The notes under the pieces were generated by a model that saw nothing but the letters and a program-made list of their open reading frames with translations, was not told the DNA's origin and did not search any database. Source: Escherichia phage PNJ1902. Taken from it: DNA of 64,000 nucleotides. This document shows, piece by piece, positions 1 to 9,572 of the stretch. Each line of letters starts with the position of its first letter. Positions within the stretch are counted from its first letter, which is position 1. Made by a program: the position numbers and the translations under genes. The stretch is taken from the sequence record OK254197.1. One strand, written 5' to 3'.

Positions 1-1317
1 ATGGAAGTATCAAGACCCTACGTTAATACGGTAGATGTTATTGATTTCGGAATAGATAAACGTTTCTTTCGTCTACCCGTTTCAGGAATATTAGCACAAG
101 AAGGTATTACACCTAATGGTCCTCAAATAGCAATTATTAATGCTCTAGAAGACCCTAGACATCGTTTTGTAACGGCGTGTGTATCACGCCGTGTGGGCAA
201 GTCCTTCATCGCATATACACTGGGGTTCCTAAAATTGCTGGAACCTAATGTGAAGGTGTTAGTAGTTGCCCCTAACTACTCACTGGCTAATATCGGATGG
301 TCTCAGATTCGTGGTCTCATTAAGAAGTATGGCCTACAAACCGAACGTGAGAACGCTAAAGATAAAGAGATTGAGCTGGCAAACGGCTCACTGTTTAAAC
401 TAGCTTCCGCGGCGCAGGCTGACTCAGCAGTCGGACGTTCATATGACTTTATCATCTTTGACGAGGCGGCAATTTCCGATGTAGGTGGTGATGCCTTCAG
501 AGTTCAGCTGCGTCCTACTCTAGATAAGCCTAATTCTAAGGCTCTATTTATCTCTACTCCTCGTGGGGGTAACTGGTTTAAAGAGTTTTATGCCTATGGA
601 TTTGATGATACATTACCTAACTGGGTATCTATTCATGGTACATATCGTGATAACCCACGTGCTGATCTGAATGATATCGAAGAAGCACGTCGTACAGTTA
701 GTAAAAACTACTTCCGTCAGGAATATGAGGCTGACTTCTCTGTATTCGAAGGTCAGATCTTTGATACCTTTAATGCTATTGATCATGTTAAAGACCTTAA
801 AGGTATGCGTCACTTCTTTAAAGATGATGAAGCATTCGAAACGTTGCTTGGCATTGACGTGGGTTATCGTGATCCTACAGCAGTTCTTACTATCAAGTAT
901 CACTATGATACGGATACTTACTATGTTTTAGAAGAGTACCAGCAGGCGGAGAAAACTACAGCTCAGCATGCTGCTTACATTCAGCACTGTATAGATCGTT
1001 ATAAAGTTGATCGTGTTTTTGTTGACTCTGCCGCAGCTCAATTCCGCCAGGATTTAGCTTATGAACATGAAATTGCATCAGCTCCAGCTAAAAAGTCTGT
1101 CCTAGACGGTCTAGCATGTTTACAGGCGTTATTCCAGCAGGGTAAGATTATTGTAGATGCTTCATGCTCTTCATTAATCCATGCATTGCAGAACTATAAG
1201 TGGGATTTCCAAGAAGGCGAAGAAAAATTATCACGTGAAAAACCACGTCATGATGCTAACTCTCACCTCTGTGATGCTCTGCGCTATGGAATTTACTCTA
1301 TTTCCCGTGGTAAATAA
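1..1317 (+). CDS. Terminase large subunit (ATPase/nuclease); ORF begins at window edge, N-terminus may be complete or truncated
   Basis: 438 aa; Walker A-like VSRRVGKS near N-terminus, Walker B-like FIIFDEAA, C-terminal nuclease-like acidic motifs; lies upstream of portal. Confidence 0.88.
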   Translation: MEVSRPYVNTVDVIDFGIDKRFFRLPVSGILAQEGITPNGPQIAIINALEDPRHRFVTACVSRRVGKSFIAYTLGFLKLLEPNVKVLVVAPNYSLANIGWSQIRGLIKKYGLQTERENAKDKEIELANGSLFKLASAAQADSAVGRSYDFIIFDEAAISDVGGDAFRVQLRPTLDKPNSKALFISTPRGGNWFKEFYAYGFDDTLPNWVSIHGTYRDNPRADLNDIEEARRTVSKNYFRQEYEADFSVFEGQIFDTFNAIDHVKDLKGMRHFFKDDEAFETLLGIDVGYRDPTAVLTIKYHYDTDTYYVLEEYQQAEKTTAQHAAYIQHCIDRYKVDRVFVDSAAAQFRQDLAYEHEIASAPAKKSVLDGLACLQALFQQGKIIVDASCSSLIHALQNYKWDFQEGEEKLSREKPRHDANSHLCDALRYGIYSISRGK

Positions 1318-1325
1318 ATAAGTAT

Positions 1326-1360
1326 AGGATGGGATACTACTCAGTTGGTATCCCATTCCT
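1326..1360 (+). terminator. Stable stem-loop just after terminase stop (possible attenuator/terminator or processing site)
   Basis: About 11 bp stem GGATGGGATAC/GTATCCCATTCC with 10 nt loop; weak U-tract after it. Confidence 0.3.
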
Positions 1361-1488
1361 GCATTTTAAAATCCCCTTTACAAATTCGATACGATTATGT
1401 ATACTATATTCATTGATCGGGAGAACTTCTCCCATAATAGAACGTAAACAAGAAAAATTAGTGCTCTACATGGGGTGTAGGAGATTCT

Positions 1489-2181
1489 ATGGGTCGACAA
1501 AAGCTAACAATAAAAGATATAAATACTAGATTAGCTGATCGTGGAATCCGAATTGTCGGTGAATATGTAAACCAACGTACAAAAACATTATTTATGTGCC
1601 AAAGAGCACACGTTTGGGAAGCAACGCCGCATTCTATACTTCATATGGGAAGGAGTTGCCCACATTGCGCTCCTAATAATATATCGCTAGATGAAGTTAA
1701 TAATAGGGTATCCAGTATAGGGTATACACTATTAAATAACTATACTAATGCAAAAACAAAACTGCATCTACGCTGTAACAATGGTCATGAATGCTATATT
1801 ACCTTAGATGGGTTGACGCAGGGTAGAAGATGTCCTTATTGCTCCCTTAAATGGGATAATGGTGGATTTCTCTATATCATGTCCTCCTCTATGGGTACTA
1901 AAGTAGGTATAAGTTTATACCCCGAGAAGCGGTTGAACGAGGTTAAAAGAGAGTCTGGATTTTCAGATTTATACTTGTTTACCACATATCATCTACCTGA
2001 TAGAGAAACTGCTCTAGATTTAGAAAAAGAAGTCCATAGAGAGTACTATAATAAAAACTGTGGGTTTTCAAAATTTACAGGAAGCACAGAATTTTTTAAT
2101 GTTGCTCCAGAGGATATAGTAGTCTTTCTAAGTAACTTTGGATTGGAGGAACATGGCCACCAATGTAAAATTCAAACGTGA
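1489..2181 (+). CDS. Putative endonuclease: two N-terminal zinc-ribbon-like motifs plus C-terminal T5orf172/GIY-YIG-superfamily-like domain
   Basis: 230 aa; repeated H...GRSCPHC / GRRCPYC motifs; GFLYIM..KVGIS..EKRLNE resembles a GIY-YIG core; C-terminal GSTEFF resembles the T5orf172 signature. Confidence 0.5.
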   Translation: MGRQKLTIKDINTRLADRGIRIVGEYVNQRTKTLFMCQRAHVWEATPHSILHMGRSCPHCAPNNISLDEVNNRVSSIGYTLLNNYTNAKTKLHLRCNNGHECYITLDGLTQGRRCPYCSLKWDNGGFLYIMSSSMGTKVGISLYPEKRLNEVKRESGFSDLYLFTTYHLPDRETALDLEKEVHREYYNKNCGFSKFTGSTEFFNVAPEDIVVFLSNFGLEEHGHQCKIQT

Positions 2182-2590
2182 CGCCATATCGATTATGCGT
2201 GACGGCATTAAATCTAGGTATAGGAGGGGTGATTGCTGTGCAATCTGTGGTAGTAATGATGACCTAGAGTTACATCATTATTTTACTATTTCTCAATTAG
2301 TTAAAAAATTCGCTAAAGAAAATCAATTAGATTTCACTGATGAGGAGATTACCCTATCTAATAGGGAAGCATTCTATAAGCAATATGAGCGAGAGCTAAT
2401 TGAAGAAGTAGTAACACTCTGCCAGCATCACCACCAACTATTACATAAGGTTTACACAAAAGAACCTCCTTTATTTTCTGCTAATAAGCAAAAAGTGTGG
2501 GTTCAAAAGCAGAAAGACAAATTACAGAATCCTCAAGAAAAGACACAAGTCAAGACTGAAACAAAATCAGGATTCGCAAGGTTCTTATAA
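2138..2590 (+). CDS. HNH endonuclease
   Basis: CCAIC...ELHH...CQHHHQLLH gives a classic HNH zinc-finger/catalytic motif; overlaps the previous ORF by 44 nt in another frame (alternative ATG at 2153); stop overlaps portal ATG (TAATG). Confidence 0.75.
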   Translation: MDWRNMATNVKFKRDAISIMRDGIKSRYRRGDCCAICGSNDDLELHHYFTISQLVKKFAKENQLDFTDEEITLSNREAFYKQYERELIEEVVTLCQHHHQLLHKVYTKEPPLFSANKQKVWVQKQKDKLQNPQEKTQVKTETKSGFARFL

Positions 2591-3807
2591 TGGGTTTTAA
2601 AAGCTGGATTACTGAAAAGCTAAATCCGGGTCAACGTATTATAAGAGACATGGAACCAGTTAGTCATCGCACTAACCGTAAGCCTTTTACCACTGGACAA
2701 GCCTACAGTAAAATTGAGATTCTCAATAGAACTGCTAATATGGTTATAGATAGTGCGGCGGAGTGTTCTTATACTGTCGGAGATAAATATAATATTGTCA
2801 CGTATGCTAACGGCATCAAGACAAAGACTCTAGACACTCTCTTAAATGTACGACCTAATCCATTCATGGATATAAGCACATTCCGTAGACTTGTAGTCAC
2901 TGACCTACTTTTTGAAGGTTGTGCATACATCTATTGGGATGGCACAGCACTTTATCATGTCCCGGCTGCTCTTATGCAGGTCGAGGCAGATGCCAATAAG
3001 TTTATCAAAAAATTTATATTTAATAATCAGATAAACTATCGCGTAGATGAGATTATCTTTATAAAGGATAACAGTTACGTGTGTGGCACAAACTCTCAAA
3101 TTTCTGGACAATCTCGTGTTGCCACTGTTATTGATTCTCTTGAGAAGCGTTCCAAGATGCTTAACTTTAAAGAGAAGTTCCTAGATAACGGAACCGTGAT
3201 TGGTCTTATTCTTGAGACGGATGAAATCCTGAACAAGAAATTGCGTGAGCGTAAACAAGAAGAATTACAACTAGATTATAATCCTAGTACTGGTCAGTCA
3301 TCTGTCCTGATTCTAGATGGTGGTATGAAAGCTAAACCGTACTCCCAAATATCCTCTTTTAAAGATCTAGACTTTAAGGAAGACATTGAAGGATTTAATA
3401 AATCCATCTGTCTAGCCTTTGGTGTTCCGCAAGTGTTACTTGATGGCGGTAATAATGCGAACATTCGACCAAATATCGAACTGTTCTATTACATGACTAT
3501 CATCCCTATGCTGAACAAGCTGACTAGTTCTCTTACTTTCTTTTTTGGTTATAAGATTACTCCTAATACTAAGGAAGTAGCTGCACTAACACCAGATAAA
3601 GAAGCTGAGGCTAAACATTTAACCTCATTGGTTAATAATGGTATTATGACTGGTAACGAAGCTCGTTTAGAGCTGAACCTTGAACCTTTAGATGATGAGC
3701 AGATGAATAAAATTCGTATTCCTGCCAACGTTGCTGGTTCTGCAACAGGGGTATCTGGTCAAGAAGGTGGCAGACCTCAAGGTTCCACCGAGGGAGATAA
3801 AGAATGA
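2590..3807 (+). CDS. Portal protein (pb7-like)
   Basis: 405 aa ORF between terminase and head genes; size matches my recollection of the T5 portal; overlaps downstream gene start (ATGA). Confidence 0.8.
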   Translation: MGFKSWITEKLNPGQRIIRDMEPVSHRTNRKPFTTGQAYSKIEILNRTANMVIDSAAECSYTVGDKYNIVTYANGIKTKTLDTLLNVRPNPFMDISTFRRLVVTDLLFEGCAYIYWDGTALYHVPAALMQVEADANKFIKKFIFNNQINYRVDEIIFIKDNSYVCGTNSQISGQSRVATVIDSLEKRSKMLNFKEKFLDNGTVIGLILETDEILNKKLRERKQEELQLDYNPSTGQSSVLILDGGMKAKPYSQISSFKDLDFKEDIEGFNKSICLAFGVPQVLLDGGNNANIRPNIELFYYMTIIPMLNKLTSSLTFFFGYKITPNTKEVAALTPDKEAEAKHLTSLVNNGIMTGNEARLELNLEPLDDEQMNKIRIPANVAGSATGVSGQEGGRPQGSTEGDKE

Positions 3808-4289
3808 TTGATTATAATGGTCTAAAGACCATTTTTGGTGAAAAACTACCAGAATCTCATATCTTCTTTGCTACGGTTGCTGCGCATAAATATGTTCCTA
3901 GCTATGCTTTTCTGCGTAGAGAACTAGGACTTTCATCTGCGCATACTAACCGTAAAGTATGGAAGAAATTTGTAGAGGCTTATGGTAAAGCAGTTCCACC
4001 GGCTCCACCATTAACTCTTTCTAAAGATTTAACTGCTAGCATGTCAGTTGAAGAGGGAGCAGCATTAACACTTTCTGTTACTGCAACTGGTGGTACTGGT
4101 CCATATACTTATGCATGGACTAAAGATGGTTCTCCTATTCCTGGTGCTTCAGGAGCTACCTATACTAAGCCTGCAGCAGCTACAGAGGATTCTGGAGCCT
4201 ATAAAGTAACTGTAACAGATAGTAAGCAAGTAAGCAAGGACTCTGCTACATGTGCTGTGACAGTTAATCCTACTGTTCCTGGAGGCTAA
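3804..4289 (+). CDS. Head decoration protein with C-terminal Ig-like domain (pb10-like)
   Basis: 161 aa; C-terminal GGTGPYTYAWTKDGSPIPGASGATYT...DSGAYKVTVTD is an Ig-like (I-set) signature; sits between portal and protease. Confidence 0.7.
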   Translation: MIDYNGLKTIFGEKLPESHIFFATVAAHKYVPSYAFLRRELGLSSAHTNRKVWKKFVEAYGKAVPPAPPLTLSKDLTASMSVEEGAALTLSVTATGGTGPYTYAWTKDGSPIPGASGATYTKPAAATEDSGAYKVTVTDSKQVSKDSATCAVTVNPTVPGG

Positions 4290-4292
4290 TAA

Positions 4293-4925
4293 ATGACACA
4301 AGCTGCTATTGACTATAACAAGTTAAAATCAGCACCCGTTCATTTAGATGCTTATATTAAATCTATTGATAGCGAATCCAAAGAGGGCGTTGTAAAAATC
4401 CGTGGATTCGCTAATACAATTAGTAAAGATCGCGCTGGTGATGTAATTCCTGCTTCTGCGTGGAAAACATCTAATGCACTTACTAACTATATGAAAAACC
4501 CGATTATTCTTTTCGGACACGATCATCGTCGTCCAATCGGTAAGTGTATTGATCTTAACCCTACTGAAATGGGTCTCGAAATCGAATGCGAGATCTATGA
4601 AAGTTCTGACCCGGCTATCTTTTCACTAATTAAAAACGGTGTACTGAAAACTTTTAGTATCGGATTCCGCTGCCTAGATGCAGAGTGGGATGAAGCTACT
4701 GATATATTTATTATTAAAGATTTAGAACTATACGAAGTTTCGGTAGTTTCTGTACCTTGTAATCAGGACTCAACGTTCAATCTCGCTAAGAGCATGAATG
4801 GTCATGATTATACTGAATGGCGTAAATCTTTTACTGCAATAAGTTCTAAAGCTGTCCCAGCTCAAGAACGTAATCTTTCTGAACTAGAAAAACTTGCGAT
4901 AGCTTTAGGCTACGTTAAAGAATAA
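4293..4925 (+). CDS. Prohead maturation protease (pb11-like, HK97-type)
   Basis: 210 aa ORF immediately upstream of major capsid gene; position and size as in T5. Confidence 0.75.
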   Translation: MTQAAIDYNKLKSAPVHLDAYIKSIDSESKEGVVKIRGFANTISKDRAGDVIPASAWKTSNALTNYMKNPIILFGHDHRRPIGKCIDLNPTEMGLEIECEIYESSDPAIFSLIKNGVLKTFSIGFRCLDAEWDEATDIFIIKDLELYEVSVVSVPCNQDSTFNLAKSMNGHDYTEWRKSFTAISSKAVPAQERNLSELEKLAIALGYVKE

Positions 4926-4942
4926 CGGAGAATTATTTAAAA

Positions 4943-6319
4943 ATGACTATTGATATTAATAAGCTGAAAGAAGAACTTGGTCTGGGTGATCTGGCTAAAT
5001 CTCTGGAAGGTCTGACCGCTGCTCAGAAAGCTGCTGAAGCTGAACGTATGCGTAAAGAGCAGGAAGAAAAAGAACTGGCTCGTATGAATGATCTGGTTTC
5101 TAAAGCAGTTGGCGAAGATCGTCAGAAACTGGAACAAGCTCTGGAACTGGTTAAGTCCCTTGATGAAAAATCTAAAAAGAGTGCAGAACTGTTTGCACAG
5201 ACTGTAGAAAAACAGCAGGAAACTATTGTTGGTCTTCAGGACGAAATCAAATCTCTGCTAGCAGCTCGTGAAGGACGTTCCTTCGTTGGTGATAGTGTAG
5301 CTAAAGCACTGTATGGTACTCAAGAAAACTTTGAAGACGAAGTGGAGAAACTGGTTCTTCTGTCCTACGTGATGGAAAAAGGTGTATTTGATACTGAACA
5401 TGGCCAGAGACACCTGAAAGCTGTAAACCAGTCCTCTTCAGTAGAAGTTTCTAGTGAAAGCTATGAAACTATTTTCTCTCAGCGTATTATTCGTGATCTG
5501 CAGAAAGAACTGGTAGTTGGTGCACTGTTTGAAGAATTGCCGATGTCCAGCAAAATTCTTACTATGCTGGTTGAACCAGATGCTGGTAAAGCTACTTGGG
5601 TAGATGCTGCTACTTACGGTACTGATGCTACTACTGGTGATGAAGTTAAAGGCGCTCTTAAAGAGATCAGCTTCAAAACTTACAAACTGGCTGCTAAATC
5701 CTTTATCACTGATGAAACTGAAGAAGATGCAATCTTCTCTCTGCTGCCTCTGCTGCGTAAACGTCTGATTGAAGCACATGCTGTTTCTATCGAAGAAGCG
5801 TTTATGACTGGTGATGGTTCCGGTAAGCCGAAAGGCCTGTTGACTCTTGCTAGCGAAGATGGTGCTAAAGTTACTACTGAAGCTAAAGCTGATGGTTCTG
5901 TTCTGGTAACTGCTAAAACTATCTCTAAACTGCGTCGTAAACTGGGCCGTCATGGTCTGAAACTGAGCAAACTGGTACTGATTGTATCTATGGATGCTTA
6001 TTACGATCTGCTGGAAGATGAAGAATGGCAGGATGTTGCACAGGTTGGTAACGATGCTGTTAAACTGCAAGGTCAGGTTGGTCGTATTTATGGTCTGCCG
6101 GTTGTAGTTTCTGAATACTTCCCGGCTAAAGCAGTAGATAAAGAGTTCGCAGTTATTGTTTATAAAGATAACTTCGTAATGCCGCGTCAGCGTGCTGTTA
6201 CTGTTGAACGTGAGCGCCAAGCTGGTAAACAGCGTGACGCGTACTACGTCACTCAGCGTGTTAACCTGCAACGTTACTTTGCAAATGGCGTTGTATCCGG
6301 TGCTTACGCTGCATCTTAA
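4943..6319 (+). CDS. Major capsid protein precursor (pb8-like, HK97 fold with N-terminal scaffolding domain)
   Basis: 458 aa; N-terminal coiled-coil-like delta domain MTIDINKLKEELGLGDLAKSLEGL... recognised as T5 major head protein; codon usage is host-optimal (CTG/CGT/GGT rich). Confidence 0.95.
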   Translation: MTIDINKLKEELGLGDLAKSLEGLTAAQKAAEAERMRKEQEEKELARMNDLVSKAVGEDRQKLEQALELVKSLDEKSKKSAELFAQTVEKQQETIVGLQDEIKSLLAAREGRSFVGDSVAKALYGTQENFEDEVEKLVLLSYVMEKGVFDTEHGQRHLKAVNQSSSVEVSSESYETIFSQRIIRDLQKELVVGALFEELPMSSKILTMLVEPDAGKATWVDAATYGTDATTGDEVKGALKEISFKTYKLAAKSFITDETEEDAIFSLLPLLRKRLIEAHAVSIEEAFMTGDGSGKPKGLLTLASEDGAKVTTEAKADGSVLVTAKTISKLRRKLGRHGLKLSKLVLIVSMDAYYDLLEDEEWQDVAQVGNDAVKLQGQVGRIYGLPVVVSEYFPAKAVDKEFAVIVYKDNFVMPRQRAVTVERERQAGKQRDAYYVTQRVNLQRYFANGVVSGAYAAS

Positions 6320-6340
6320 TACAGGCTTTTCAGCCGATAA

Positions 6341-6366
6341 GGAGAGCTTCGGCTCTCCTTTTTTAT
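6341..6366 (+). terminator. Rho-independent terminator after capsid gene
   Basis: GGAGAGC-TTCG-GCTCTCC hairpin followed by TTTTTTATT. Confidence 0.75.
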
Positions 6367-6378
6367 TGGGAAAAATAA

Positions 6379-6891
6379 ATGCAAATCATCACAGCCGAAG
6401 ATTATAGATTATACGGTAGTTTAAAACGACCTGAATTAGAGTCTGGTGTAGAAATGATGATTACTGCTGCCAATGCGCTGATTACGAGCCTTCTAGGCAT
6501 GGATGATGCTGATGCGGTAGACCAGTTAATCAATACAAAACCTACACGTAGGAAATATTTTCTGAGCTCACCATCTGCTACCTCCGTAACTAAAGTGACG
6601 ATTAACGATAATGAGATTGACCCAGAGCAGTATAAGTTATACTCTGACGGTATTATCCTTCTCAAATTTAATCCTCCGGAAGGTTATATGGATGTAGCAT
6701 ATACACAAGGTGGATTCAATCCAATACCTGAAGATCTCAAACTTGCAGCGTGTATGCTAGTAGATCATTGGCATAAACAAGATTACCGCCAAGCTAAAAC
6801 AATTGGTGGTGAAACAGTAACCTTCAATAGCACTAAGTCTGGTATCCCAGAGCATATTCGTACTATTATTGAAGTATATAGGAGAGTATAA
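6379..6891 (+). CDS. Putative head completion / head-tail adaptor protein
   Basis: 170 aa ORF directly after capsid terminator; position in morphogenesis operon; stop overlaps next ATG. Confidence 0.5.
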   Translation: MQIITAEDYRLYGSLKRPELESGVEMMITAANALITSLLGMDDADAVDQLINTKPTRRKYFLSSPSATSVTKVTINDNEIDPEQYKLYSDGIILLKFNPPEGYMDVAYTQGGFNPIPEDLKLAACMLVDHWHKQDYRQAKTIGGETVTFNSTKSGIPEHIRTIIEVYRRV

Positions 6892-7658
6892 TGTCTCTTT
6901 CCGATCTAGCTAAACAAATTATTAAAGAGCAGCTAGATACTGCAGGACGATCTGAAAATAATAAGAATACTGTTGTATACTCTGTTGAAACAGGGTTAAA
7001 AGATCCTACCAGAGATGGTACTGTTGCTCAAGTATCTTTTAAGTTTTCAAAACCTGTATCCCAAAATCTTCTTGATGTTAGAACAGCCTCTATACTAAAA
7101 GCTGTATCCTCTAGTCTAGATCTTTCGGGAGATTTAGGTGCTCTAGAAAATCTTATACAGGCAACTGCTGGCAAAAAATCTGCTGTAGGTAAAAAACGTT
7201 CTACAGGCAGAGTAGAGGTAAACTTTGGGGATCCTAGAGACGTAGAGGATGGATACTCAGGTGCAATAACAGGTGCTTCCGGACGCTTCGTGTCTAATAG
7301 CAATATGAAGGTTATACTAGAGATAGTTGCTAAAGAATACTTAATAAAGGATATGAAGAAGACAGGAGCACCACTAAAATTTAGAACAGGTCGCTTTGCA
7401 AACTCTTTAAAAATTAAAGATGTTATGCTCCGTGATTCTGAGGCTAGTAAAGGCTCCCCTGAATTGAACGTAACATATAATTATATGACTCGTCCATATT
7501 CTGTGTTCAACCCTGCAGTATCTACCTACAGGAGACTATCTCTACGACCTTATCCTGGTGCTAGAAACCCCCAAAAACTTATTGGTGAGGCTATAGCAAA
7601 AGCTGCAAGAGACCTGATTCACTCTAGATATAAAATCAAGGTTAATCAAGGAACATAA
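6891..7658 (+). CDS. Putative neck / tail completion structural protein
   Basis: 255 aa ORF, translationally coupled, between head completion and tail terminator candidates. Confidence 0.4.
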   Translation: MSLSDLAKQIIKEQLDTAGRSENNKNTVVYSVETGLKDPTRDGTVAQVSFKFSKPVSQNLLDVRTASILKAVSSSLDLSGDLGALENLIQATAGKKSAVGKKRSTGRVEVNFGDPRDVEDGYSGAITGASGRFVSNSNMKVILEIVAKEYLIKDMKKTGAPLKFRTGRFANSLKIKDVMLRDSEASKGSPELNVTYNYMTRPYSVFNPAVSTYRRLSLRPYPGARNPQKLIGEAIAKAARDLIHSRYKIKVNQGT

Positions 7659-7661
7659 TAA

Positions 7662-8147
7662 ATGGATCATAGAACAAGTATTGCACAAGCTCTGGTTGAC
7701 CGTATATCTAAACAGTTGGATGGCTCTCAACCTGACGAATATTTTAATAACCTATATGGAAACGTTTCTCGTCAAACTTATAAATTTGAGGAAATACGAG
7801 AGTTTCCTTATGTGGCAGTTCATATCGGAACTGAAACTGGGCAGTATCTTCCTTCGGGCCAACAGTGGATGTTTTTAGAACTTCCAATCCTGGTGTATGA
7901 TAAAGAGAAAACAGACATTCAAGAGCAACTTGAAAAACTCGTAGCGGATATAAAAACCGTTATTGACACAGGTGGAAATTTAGAATATACTGTTAGTAAA
8001 CCTAATGGATCGACCTTCCCATGTGAGGCAACTGATATGATCATTACATCAGTTAGTACAGATGAGGGTCTACTGGCCCCATATGGTTTAGCAGAAATAA
8101 ATGTAACAGTGAGGTATCAGCCTCCACGTAGGTCACTTCGCAGATAA
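7662..8147 (+). CDS. Putative tail terminator / tail completion protein (p142-like)
   Basis: 161 aa ORF immediately upstream of tail tube gene. Confidence 0.45.
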   Translation: MDHRTSIAQALVDRISKQLDGSQPDEYFNNLYGNVSRQTYKFEEIREFPYVAVHIGTETGQYLPSGQQWMFLELPILVYDKEKTDIQEQLEKLVADIKTVIDTGGNLEYTVSKPNGSTFPCEATDMIITSVSTDEGLLAPYGLAEINVTVRYQPPRRSLRR

Positions 8148-8173
8148 GTTACAGATTAGGAGAAAATAATTAA

Positions 8174-9568
8174 ATGTCTTTACAACTATTACGTAATACT
8201 CGAATCTTCGTGTCTACGGTTAAGACTGGTCATGATAAGACCAACACGCAAGAGATTCTAGTTCAGGATGATATTTCTTGGGGTCAGGACAGTAACTCAA
8301 CAGATATTACTGTTAATGAAGCTGGTCCGCGTCCAACTCGTGGTTCTAAACGTTTTAATGACTCTTTAAACGCGGCTGAGTGGAGTTTCTCTACTTATAT
8401 CCTGCCATACAAAGATAAAACTACTAATAAACAGATTGTTCCTGACTATATGTTATGGCACGCTCTTTCTAGTGGTAAAGCTCTTAACCTGGAAGGTGAT
8501 ACAGGGGCACATAATAACGAAACCAATTTTATGGTTAACTTTAAAGATAACGCGTACCACGAGCTGGCAATGCTGCATATCTACATCCTGACTGACAAAG
8601 CATGGAGTTATATCGATTCCTGTCAGATTAATCAGGCAGAAGTTAACGTTGATATTGAGGATATTGGTCGTGTAACTTGGTCTGGTAATGGTAACCAGCT
8701 TATTCCTCTGGATGCGCAACCATTTGATCCAGATGAGGTAGGTATTGATGATGAAACTTATATGACTATTCAGAGTTCTTATATCAAGAACAAATTGACT
8801 ATCCTGAAAATTAAGGATATGGATTCTGATAAGGCATATGATATCCCTATTACTGGTGGTACTTTCACCATTAATAATAACATCACGTATCTAACCCCGA
8901 ATATTATGTCCCGTGTAAATATTCCGATCGGTTCATTTACTGGCGCATTTGAACTAACTGGTTCATTAACTGCTTATCTGAATGATAAATCTCTTGGTTC
9001 TATGGAGCTGTACAAAGATCTTATCAAAACCCTGAAGGTAGTTAACCGCTTCGAAATTGCTCTAGTACTTGGTGGTGAATACGATGAAGAACGTCCTGCG
9101 GCTATTCTGGTAGCTAAACAAGCACACGTTAATATTCCTACTATTGAAACTGATGATGTACTTGGTACTTCAGTAGAGTTTAAAGCTATTCCATCTGATC
9201 TGGATGCTGGTGATGAAGGTTACTTAGGCTTCTCTAGTAAATATACCAAAACAACTATTAATAACTTGATTGTTAATGGTGATGGTGCTACTAATGCTGT
9301 AACCGCAATTACTGTTAAATCTGCTGGTGATGCTACTACAGTAAACAACTCGGCTACTCTTCAAATGAGTGTTGAAGTTACTCCTTCTTCCGCAAAGAAT
9401 AAGGAAGTTACTTGGGCTATCACTGCCGGTGATGCAGCTACTATCAGTGCAACCGGACTGTTAACAGCAGATGCTATTAAAACTGGTGCAGTTACTGTAG
9501 AAGCTACTGCTAAAGATGGTTCTGGAGTTAAAGGTACTAAACAGATTACTGTAACAGCAGGTGGCTAA
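8174..9568 (+). CDS. Tail tube protein (pb6-like) with C-terminal Big_2-type Ig-like domain
   Basis: 464 aa; C-terminal ITVKSAGDATTVNNSATLQMSVEVTP...VTVEATAKDGSGVKGTKQITV Ig-like domain; host-optimal codon usage; size equals T5 pb6. Confidence 0.85.
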   Translation: MSLQLLRNTRIFVSTVKTGHDKTNTQEILVQDDISWGQDSNSTDITVNEAGPRPTRGSKRFNDSLNAAEWSFSTYILPYKDKTTNKQIVPDYMLWHALSSGKALNLEGDTGAHNNETNFMVNFKDNAYHELAMLHIYILTDKAWSYIDSCQINQAEVNVDIEDIGRVTWSGNGNQLIPLDAQPFDPDEVGIDDETYMTIQSSYIKNKLTILKIKDMDSDKAYDIPITGGTFTINNNITYLTPNIMSRVNIPIGSFTGAFELTGSLTAYLNDKSLGSMELYKDLIKTLKVVNRFEIALVLGGEYDEERPAAILVAKQAHVNIPTIETDDVLGTSVEFKAIPSDLDAGDEGYLGFSSKYTKTTINNLIVNGDGATNAVTAITVKSAGDATTVNNSATLQMSVEVTPSSAKNKEVTWAITAGDAATISATGLLTADAIKTGAVTVEATAKDGSGVKGTKQITVTAGG

Positions 9569-9572
9569 TTAA

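Noticed and set aside
613-931. ORFs 613-903 (-) and 671-931 (+) inside the terminase gene
   Set aside because: Fully embedded in a well-supported coding region, with no RBS and low-complexity hydrophobic translations; alternative-frame artefacts.
1329-1529. 66-aa ORF in the terminase-endonuclease spacer
   Set aside because: Spans the strong hairpin and intergenic signals, has no RBS, and its translation is low-complexity; more likely non-coding.
5438-6271. 277-aa antisense ORF opposite the major capsid gene
   Set aside because: Antisense to a highly expressed gene with biased codon usage; long antisense ORFs are expected there by chance and the protein is low-complexity.
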